Shown here piece by piece: positions 19,577 to 26,325 of a DNA stretch of 64,000 bases. Numbering within the stretch: position 1 is the first letter of the stretch; every line of letters begins with the position of its first letter. This DNA comes from a bacterium (GTDB lineage: Bacteria; Hinthialibacterota; Hinthialibacteria; Hinthialibacterales; Hinthialibacteraceae). Below the pieces are notes generated by a model. That model was not told the DNA's origin. It searched no databases and worked only from the letters and a program-made list of their open reading frames with translations. The translations under genes and the position numbers were made by a program. The stretch spans positions 82,354-146,353 of the forward strand of contig JBHGBC010000002.1 of the NCBI GenBank assembly GCA_041946805.1. The letters run 5' to 3'.

Positions 19577-19605
19577 GATGAACCATATATATTGGATGAA
19601 CCAGA
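19577..19605 (+). promoter_or_regulatory. Perfect 10-bp direct repeat ggatgaacca-N8(tatatatt)-ggatgaacca upstream of the leuA promoter
   Basis: Seen directly. Centred ~70-100 bp upstream of the -35. Next to the shared 15-mer at 19620..19634. Candidate transcription-factor site. Confidence 0.4.
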
Positions 19606-19619
19606 AAAAAGAGGATCAT

Positions 19620-19634
19620 TAGACGGGTGGTCAT
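19620..19634. repeat. 15-mer tagacgggtggtcat, copy 2
   Basis: Identical to 15619..15633. Lies 24 bp upstream of the -35 hexamer of the leuA promoter. Confidence 0.6.
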
Positions 19635-19657
19635 TTTGATTTTCTTCTGGAATTGAG

Positions 19658-19685
19658 TTGACAGTCCCGGAATGTAGACTATAAT
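19658..19685 (+). promoter_or_regulatory. Consensus sigma70-type promoter (TTGACA-16 nt-TATAAT) driving the T-box leader/leuA
   Basis: ttgaca at 19658-19663 and tataat at 19680-19685. Both hexamers perfect. Confidence 0.6.
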
Positions 19686-19692
19686 CACACGA

Positions 19693-19966
19693 GATATAGG
19701 CCATCAAAGACGGTGAAGAGGAGTAGTAGGCGTTCCCACGGGATGGAGAGAGCCGGTGGTTGGTGCGAACCGGTTCCCGCGAATGCCGAACTCGCCTCGG
19801 AGTCGCCTCCGCGAAGCCCGGAGATCCGGGTGGTAGTCGAGGCCGGGACGCGACCGTGACATCGCGGAAACGAGGGCGGCGCCAACGGCCGCCGAACCAG
19901 GGTGGTACCACGGGGAAACCGAAAACGAACCTCGTCCCTGACACGGGACGGGGTTTTTTGTTTTTA
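19693..19966 (+). promoter_or_regulatory. T-box riboswitch leader (Leu specifier CUC) with intrinsic terminator, upstream of leuA
   Basis: AGAGAG box and GGUGG distal-loop motif. Candidate specifier GAA-CUC-G (Leu codon + purine). T-box sequence ccaGGGTGGTACCACGG (consensus AGGGUGGNACCGCG; UGGU matches tRNA-Leu discriminator A). Overlapping terminator cctcgtccc-tgacac-gggacgggg + TTTTTTGTTTTT (19929..19966). Confidence 0.7.
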
Positions 19967-20033
19967 TTACCGTTTTTATCACCGGCGCGGCCGGAAGCCA
20001 AATCGTTCTTCGATCCGGAAGGAGGTGGTGACC

Positions 20034-20189
20034 GTGTTGGGTTTAGGCAGCGAAGAGAGCGACCTGAGCGACCTTAGCGACTTGGGTTGGAAGCCGAAAA
20101 GCCGAATGGGAACGCTAAGCACAATCAATCCGCCGGCGCGGGGCACGGATCACCGCCCGGCCAGAACGGAGAAACGCAATCATGACTGA
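20034..20189 (+). other. Possible upstream ORF (~51 codons, GTG start, SD ggaaggagg) overlapping the leuA start (ATGACTGA). Contains 3x tandem 9-nt repeat agcgacctg/agcgacctt/agcgacttg (SDLSDLSDL)
   Basis: Strong SD 8 nt before GTG 20034. Stop TGA overlaps the leuA ATG. Tandem repeat at 20058..20085. Coding status unverified. Confidence 0.3.
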
Positions 20190-21726
20190 GAAAATCATAA
20201 TCTTCGATACGACGCTGCGGGACGGGGAGCAATCGCCCGGCTTCAGCATGAACATGAAGGAAAAAATCGAGTTCGCGCAGCAGCTGAAGCGGCTGAACGT
20301 GGACATCATCGAAGCCGGATTCCCGATTTCGTCGCCCGGGGATTTCGACTCGGTGAAGGCCATTGCCCAACAGGTGGAAGGGCCGCAGATCTGCGGGCTG
20401 GCGCGGGCGCTGGAGAAGGACATCGACCGCTGCTGGGAAGCGGTGCAGTACTCGAAACGGCCGCGCATCCACACCTTCATCGCCACCAGCCAGGTGCACA
20501 TGGAGAAGAAACTCAAGAAAACGCGGAAAGAGGTGCGCGACCTGGCGGTGCAGGCGGTCCAGCATGCCCGGAAATACACGGACAACGTGGAGTTTTCGAC
20601 GGAAGACGCCGCGCGCACGGAGCGGGATTACATCTGCGAGGTGGTGGAGGCGGCGATCGACGCGGGAGCCACGACCATCAACATTCCCGACACGGTGGGG
20701 TATTCCAATCCGTGGGAATTCGGCGATCTCATCGCCTATATTTTCGAGAAGGTCCCCAACGTGCATCAGGCCATCATCAGCGTGCACTGCCACAACGATC
20801 TGGGGCTGGCGGTGGCCAATTCGCTGGCGGCCATCCGCAACGGGGCGCGGCAGGTGGAATGCACCATCAACGGGATCGGCGAGCGGGCCGGCAACGCCTC
20901 GCTGGAAGAGACCGTGATGAACATCAAGACCCGGCAGGATTTCTTCCCGTTCCACACGGACGTGAACACGGAGCAGATTTATCCCGCCAGCCGCATGCTG
21001 ACGCGCTTCACGGGCATCGCGGTGCAGCCGAACAAGGCCATCGTGGGGGCGAACGCCTTCGCGCACGAGGCGGGCATCCACCAGGATGGGGTGCTCAAGG
21101 AGCGGACGACGTACGAGATCATGCGGCCGTCGGCGGTGGGGTGGACGGGCAGTTCGATGGTGCTGGGCAAGCATTCGGGGCGGCACGCGTTCGTCGCGCG
21201 GCTCTCCGAGCTGGGCGTCACCCTGGAGGGGCCGGCGCTGGAGAACGCCTTCAACGCCTTCAAGGAACTGGCCGACCGCAAGAAGACCGTTTTCGACGAG
21301 GACCTGATCGCCATCGTGGACGAGCAGACGCGGAGCGTCGAGCAGGCGCGCTTTGTGCTGCAAGACCTGTTCATCAAGATCGGGCCGGACATGAAGCCGT
21401 CCGCGACGGTGCGCATCCAGGCCAACGGGGAAACGCTCGAAGGCAGCGGGACGGGCGACGGAGCGCTGGACGCGGCGTTTTCGATCATCAAGCAGCTGAC
21501 CGGCATGCAGGAAGCGGTGCTGGTGGATTACAGCGTCGGAGCGGTCACCGTGGGAACGGACGCGCAAGGCTCGGCGCGGGTGGTGCTCAAGAAAAATAAC
21601 CGGGAAGCGGTGGGCCGCGGGACGGACACGGACGTGATCCGGGCCAGCGTGAAGGCGTTCCTCAACGCGGTCAACCGCCTGTGCACGGCCGCCGAGCGGG
21701 AGAAGGAAGTTACGCCGTCGGTGTGA
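20182..21726 (+). CDS. leuA: 2-isopropylmalate synthase
   Basis: [24 protein letters not shown]…[16 protein letters not shown]… conserved throughout. 514 aa with C-terminal LeuA dimerisation/regulatory domain. Confidence 0.95.
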   Translation: MTEKIIIFDTTLRDGEQSPGFSMNMKEKIEFAQQLKRLNVDIIEAGFPISSPGDFDSVKAIAQQVEGPQICGLARALEKDIDRCWEAVQYSKRPRIHTFIATSQVHMEKKLKKTRKEVRDLAVQAVQHARKYTDNVEFSTEDAARTERDYICEVVEAAIDAGATTINIPDTVGYSNPWEFGDLIAYIFEKVPNVHQAIISVHCHNDLGLAVANSLAAIRNGARQVECTINGIGERAGNASLEETVMNIKTRQDFFPFHTDVNTEQIYPASRMLTRFTGIAVQPNKAIVGANAFAHEAGIHQDGVLKERTTYEIMRPSAVGWTGSSMVLGKHSGRHAFVARLSELGVTLEGPALENAFNAFKELADRKKTVFDEDLIAIVDEQTRSVEQARFVLQDLFIKIGPDMKPSATVRIQANGETLEGSGTGDGALDAAFSIIKQLTGMQEAVLVDYSVGAVTVGTDAQGSARVVLKKNNREAVGRGTDTDVIRASVKAFLNAVNRLCTAAEREKEVTPSV

Positions 21727-21756
21727 CGGCCTCCCATCCATCGGATTGCATCATTT

Positions 21757-21788
21757 CCCGGGGGTGTTCGAAAGGATGCCCCCGGGGG
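21757..21788. terminator. GC-rich hairpin (cccggggg-N15-cccccggg) between convergent leuA and methyltransferase genes
   Basis: 8-bp G/C stem. Weak U-tract (gtttgtaaatg). Possible bidirectional terminator. Confidence 0.3.
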
Positions 21789-21808
21789 TTTGTAAATGAA
21801 TTTACAGA

Positions 21809-22474
21809 TCATAAATCAGGTATTAAAAGGCCCTGGATGTGGGTTTTTAAAACAGGTTTTGTATGGTTCGAATAAGTTGGCCAGGTAGGTTGATAATCGT
21901 CCACTTCATTTCCCCACTGTGTCCAATGATTTCTTTTACCCCGTGCAAAGAGTTCAAGATATGGACCTGGACTACAAGATTCGATAATGGAATATAGTTC
22001 ATCTGGTTTCCGGGAATGTTCTCGTTTTTGCGCACGAATGATATTTACTTGTTTGCGGCCAGGGGGAAGTGTACGAAGATGACCACGCACACCAAATAAC
22101 ACTAATTCAGTTGTATTTCTGAAATAAAAACCAACCCCACGGCCATCTGGTCCTCCATCTTTTCTTATCTTATGCCAAACCAGGTTTGTTTTATAAATAT
22201 ACCCCCAAGATTTCATAACTTCTAAACCTTCTAACAGTAATGCATTAGGTACCCAGAGGTATAAATGACTTTGATCGGCTGACACAGAACATATAGGAAG
22301 ATTTTTTATTATATCGAGTTTCAATGTTTCATAGCGGGATAAACGCTTATGTTCAGGGGCCATTTTCCCCGTTCGATTAACAAATTGCCAAGGGGGATCC
22401 GCTAGTATTGTACCAAATTTCTGCCCATTTATTGTTTTTAATAAATCTTCTGAAATTTCATCTAATATTTTCAT
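21809..22474 (-). CDS. DNA methyltransferase, MT-A70 family (DPPW motif; N6-adenine/N4-cytosine beta-class)
   Basis: ILADPPWQF (motif IV DPPW), …RYETLKLDIIKNLP…LYLWVPNA… typical of MT-A70-like bacterial MTases. Start codon overlaps the stop of the upstream endonuclease gene (ATGA at 22474). Low-GC DNA. Confidence 0.75.
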   Translation of the reverse strand: MKILDEISEDLLKTINGQKFGTILADPPWQFVNRTGKMAPEHKRLSRYETLKLDIIKNLPICSVSADQSHLYLWVPNALLLEGLEVMKSWGYIYKTNLVWHKIRKDGGPDGRGVGFYFRNTTELVLFGVRGHLRTLPPGRKQVNIIRAQKREHSRKPDELYSIIESCSPGPYLELFARGKRNHWTQWGNEVDDYQPTWPTYSNHTKPVLKTHIQGLLIPDL

Positions 22475-23064
22475 TATTCATCCTCAATATATAACTTTCG
22501 GGTAATTCCGAATATCAAGATAGGACATCCGCCACCGCCACCACCCTCTATTCTTGGTAATAATCTGCTCATATGAGTAGTTGAAGTTCCATATGATTTG
22601 CCTCTTCCAATCGAATCAAATATTTCTTGAAGTTCATCACAACGAGTAATTATTATGCCAATACTGATTGCTCTTAGATCAAACAAGAGTCTAAAATTAT
22701 TCAAATCACGGTCAAAAAATGGATCCTTGTTATTCCATTCAATTTCTAGAGCTATGCGGTTTTTATAGCAATCAATTTTGTGTGTCGGAGTTTCCATCGC
22801 ATGGTCATCAACCACAACTTTCGTTGAAAAATCTTTTTCTTGCCATCCTCGAGCATATAAAAAATGATCAATGAATTCCGATATTTTAGATTTTCGACCC
22901 CCACCGATGGTTATCCAACTCTTATAAAACCTGAATTTCATTAAAACTTCAATCAAATCATTCCACTCATTTTGGAAATCATTTTCTAGAATTGCCGAAG
23001 CATGTTTCCATTCATGAATCTCGTAATTTTCTTGAATATATGATGGAAATCTTTCTACAGTCAT
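22474..23064 (-). CDS. Type II restriction endonuclease, BglII/BstYI-like fold
   Basis: …IALEIEWNNKDPFFDRDLNNFRLLFDLRAISIGIIITRCDE… parallels the BglII catalytic core (…EVQFSNYPFLLNNTVRSELF…KVAIIITKG…). 196 aa. Translationally coupled to the MTase. AT-rich promoter region 23065-23170. Confidence 0.55.
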   Translation of the reverse strand: MTVERFPSYIQENYEIHEWKHASAILENDFQNEWNDLIEVLMKFRFYKSWITIGGGRKSKISEFIDHFLYARGWQEKDFSTKVVVDDHAMETPTHKIDCYKNRIALEIEWNNKDPFFDRDLNNFRLLFDLRAISIGIIITRCDELQEIFDSIGRGKSYGTSTTHMSRLLPRIEGGGGGGCPILIFGITRKLYIEDE

Positions 23065-23169
23065 TCTCTACCCAAAATCTCGTGAAAATTTGTTCACTTT
23101 TTCATTATAACAAAAAAAACCTATAATTAATACTCCCATAAAAAAATTCTCCAAAAAAATTATAACTAT

Positions 23170-26100
23170 CTACAAATCCACCACATACGTCGTGAACGGC
23201 GCGGCGCCGTCGGAGTTGTAGTGGTGCTCCTCGCGGCCGCCGGGATATTGCTGGCGGACCGGATTCAGGTACTTGCGGTTGGCGCGGACAAACAGGAAGC
23301 ACACCGGGCCGCGGCGGAGAATCTTGGTCTTGAGAAATTGCTCCGGCTCCAAGACGTCCTTGCCCTGGGCCTCGGGGGCCAGGAACTGGATGGTCCCGTA
23401 TTGGAAAAACACGTGCGGCGGGCCGAAGAAATAGGTGTACGGCGTGGAACCCGCCTCATGCAGATAGCGGGCGATGCGGGTCCATTCATCGAGCAGTTGA
23501 GGCTTGGCCTGGATCTGATGGAAATAGCGGTGCATGCCCAGTACAAGGATCAATACCAAGGCCAGGGCCGTAAATCCGGCGCGGGCGCGCCCGGACCATT
23601 GGCAAATCCCTCCCAAGTGGTTCAACACCCCTTGCAGCACCGGCGCGGCGATCAGTATCAGGAGGGGAATCAGGCCCACCAGGCGCTGGTAGGCGGGGGC
23701 GTGATCGGTGAGGGCGCTGCCCGCGATCACCGTGACCACGCTCCAGTAGAGGAGCAGGCGGGCCGCCGGGTGGCGTAACATGGTGAAGAGCATCAGGAAG
23801 CCCACGGTAAACAACACGGCGGGGATGGGATCGAGCATCCCGCCGTGGCGGCTGTTGATCAGGTAAGGGCTATGGTCTTCGTGGGTGATGGGCGCCAGGA
23901 AGCTGCGCTCGAACTGATGCCGCACGATTTCGGCGAGGGAGAGGTCGGCGGGATAATCCCGTAGGATCAGCTCGCGGCCGCTCTTGGAAAAGAGGCTCAC
24001 GCTCTGGGCGCGGGAGAAGGCCGATCCCGGCGCGGCGAGGAAGGTCCCCGCCAGGGGCGCGATTCCCACCCAGAAGGCCAGCAGGTACGCGAATACGCTG
24101 GTGATCAGCGAACGGAAGCGGAGGGCGCGGGTCAGCCACAATAAAATCAGCGAAGACAAAATCAGGGGGGTCAGCAGTTTGGTGGCCTGATAGGACAGTT
24201 CGCCCACGGCGGTGAGCAATCCCGCGTAACAGAGATACCGGCTATCTTCTTGCAATCCGCGCGCCAGGCAATAGAGGACGGCCACGGTGAACAGGATGGT
24301 TTGATTGTACCCGATGCCAACGCGGGAAAAATGCACCGTGTAGGACGAGACGGTGAACAGAAAGACTGCGAGCACCGCCGGCGCGGGCCGCAAAAACCGC
24401 CGGGCCAGAAGATAAAACACGGGGATGGCGGCCAGGGAGATCAGCGCCCCCGTCAGGCGGACGCCGAACAGATTGCCGCCGAACAGCCACATGCCCCACG
24501 AGGGGATGAGATAAAACAAGTAGGGGATCTGGTACCAGCCCAGGTCGAAGAAGTTCCAGTTGCCGGCGTCACGGAGGCGCAGGGCTTGCAGGGCCACTTC
24601 GCCTTCATCCCCGTGCACGTCGGTGGGGATGGAAGTGGAGCCGATGGAATACAGGCAGGCGCCCAGCAGCACGATGAGCGCCACGGCCGTGTTGCCCCAA
24701 TACTCCGCCACGCGGGAGGGCGCATCGGAAGCGGACGGCGCATCCGGGGCGTCCCGGTCCGGGGAGGGATCTTTCGGTAAAGATACCGGAAACGCGAATG
24801 TCAACGGCCCGATCCGCAGCAGGCCCGGCTCGAAATAACCTTTGCGTTCAGGACGGGGGAAATAACGGAACAGCAAGGCCAGTGAGAATCCCCAGGCAAT
24901 CATGGGCCAATACCACGGCCAAGGGCCGCCCACGGCAAATCCCCGGACATGGAAATATTGGCAAAGCAGAGGGATCAAGGGGAATAGAATCAAGATCAAG
25001 GTTTGACGCTTCGTGAAGGGAAATGGAATGATCCCGGCGAGGGACTGCCACCGGCCGCGGGGAAGGTAGGCGTCCGCGGCGTGGCGCAGGGTGAAGAGCA
25101 ACAACAGCGCGCAACCGAGCCAATAAGTCAATCCTGGGCGGTGGCTGGGCGAAGCCGCCGCCAGGGCGTGAGCATGGTAGGTAATGGCGAACGCCAGCGC
25201 GTAGGCTGTCACCAACGCGGCGCGGACCCTGGGACCTCCCGGAGTGAAGCGGGAACTCAGCCACCAGGCCAATCCCGCCGCCAGCAGTCCCACATAGGCA
25301 TTGAAAAGCGGAAATCCAGACGATGAGGCAGCCGGAGCCTGAACCGCTGGTTCACCGGGAGTCGCGGGCGGCGCGGCCGGCGGGGGAAACTTGGCCTGCA
25401 CGAGGCACAAGAACAAGTTCGCTTCCTGAAAGAATTCCACGGCCTGGATGAAGTTGAGTTGTTTTCGGAATACTTTGAGAGAGCCCTCGGGAGTGAGTTC
25501 CTGGATTTGCTGCTGGTCGCCGTCGGCGATGAGGACCGAGCCGGTGGGCAGCGGCGTCAGCTTCACGGGGTGGTTGAATCCCCGGTATTCTTTCTCGATC
25601 TGGCCGGAGGGCCGGACATCCAGAAGGCGGTGGTTGTCGAAGTCGGAGATCAGGGTGTTGCCGTTGGGCAGGCGCAGGGCGTCCATGGGCTGCGTGAGGC
25701 CCTGCTCGTAACTCCAGGCCAATTGGCCGTCTCGGGTGACTTCGAGGATGGCGCCGGCCTGGGCGTCGCACACGAGGAGGTTGCCGTTGGACAGCAAATC
25801 CGCGTCGACGGGGCCCTGGAAAGGATACGGAACATTCTCCTGGAATCCGGTTTCCTGGTTATAAAAAAAAACCCGTTTGCCCGGGCGGGAGGTTAAGAGA
25901 AAAAGACCCGGCTCCAGATCCAGGACATCGACATCGTTCAGCGGCTCGAAGGAGGATTTGAACACCTGCACGCCGTCGCCGGAGTAGATGAGGAAATCCC
26001 CGGAAAGCGTGGTCACCGCGAAATGGGCCCGGGCCGGGATGACGGCTAGGTCGGTGGGGCTGTCAGGCACGGGATAAAGCCCCTGTGGCCCCCCCCGGGC

Positions 26101-26244
26101 ATCCAGAACCACCACGCCGGATTTTGTGGGAAAGCCATCCACCAGCGCCTCGGATTGCGCGCGGGAGATTGCGGGAAACACCAGCCCGAGCCCGGCCGCG
26201 GCCGCCACAATCAGCAGCCGGGACGCAGAGAATTTGTTCTCCAT
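23170..26244 (-). CDS. 1024-aa membrane protein. Signal peptide, NHL-repeat/beta-propeller domain, and a polytopic GT-C-fold (PMT_2/ArnT-like) glycosyltransferase domain
   Basis: N-terminal repeated blades (…LSNGNLLVCDAQAGAILEV…, …LPNGNTLISDFDNHRLLDV…, …LPTGSVLIADGDQQQIQEL…). C-terminal ~650 aa have >12 TM helices with the …PTDVHGDEGEVALQAL… loop typical of ArnT/PMT-type GT-C enzymes. Confidence 0.65.
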   Translation of the reverse strand: MENKFSASRLLIVAAAAGLGLVFPAISRAQSEALVDGFPTKSGVVVLDARGGPQGLYPVPDSPTDLAVIPARAHFAVTTLSGDFLIYSGDGVQVFKSSFEPLNDVDVLDLEPGLFLLTSRPGKRVFFYNQETGFQENVPYPFQGPVDADLLSNGNLLVCDAQAGAILEVTRDGQLAWSYEQGLTQPMDALRLPNGNTLISDFDNHRLLDVRPSGQIEKEYRGFNHPVKLTPLPTGSVLIADGDQQQIQELTPEGSLKVFRKQLNFIQAVEFFQEANLFLCLVQAKFPPPAAPPATPGEPAVQAPAASSSGFPLFNAYVGLLAAGLAWWLSSRFTPGGPRVRAALVTAYALAFAITYHAHALAAASPSHRPGLTYWLGCALLLLFTLRHAADAYLPRGRWQSLAGIIPFPFTKRQTLILILFPLIPLLCQYFHVRGFAVGGPWPWYWPMIAWGFSLALLFRYFPRPERKGYFEPGLLRIGPLTFAFPVSLPKDPSPDRDAPDAPSASDAPSRVAEYWGNTAVALIVLLGACLYSIGSTSIPTDVHGDEGEVALQALRLRDAGNWNFFDLGWYQIPYLFYLIPSWGMWLFGGNLFGVRLTGALISLAAIPVFYLLARRFLRPAPAVLAVFLFTVSSYTVHFSRVGIGYNQTILFTVAVLYCLARGLQEDSRYLCYAGLLTAVGELSYQATKLLTPLILSSLILLWLTRALRFRSLITSVFAYLLAFWVGIAPLAGTFLAAPGSAFSRAQSVSLFSKSGRELILRDYPADLSLAEIVRHQFERSFLAPITHEDHSPYLINSRHGGMLDPIPAVLFTVGFLMLFTMLRHPAARLLLYWSVVTVIAGSALTDHAPAYQRLVGLIPLLILIAAPVLQGVLNHLGGICQWSGRARAGFTALALVLILVLGMHRYFHQIQAKPQLLDEWTRIARYLHEAGSTPYTYFFGPPHVFFQYGTIQFLAPEAQGKDVLEPEQFLKTKILRRGPVCFLFVRANRKYLNPVRQQYPGGREEHHYNSDGAAPFTTYVVDL

Positions 26245-26325
26245 GGAGGTTCATCCTCATTCAAAGGGTACCCACCCCGAATCAGGATGGGTACCCCGGT
26301 ATGACAAGCGAAAGAATCCCGCCGA

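Noticed and set aside
20034-20189. Leucine-codon attenuator (leader peptide) model for the uORF before leuA
   Set aside because: Only ~6 scattered Leu codons of mixed type and no consecutive Leu run. Regulation is better explained by the upstream T-box. Kept only as a possible coupled uORF.
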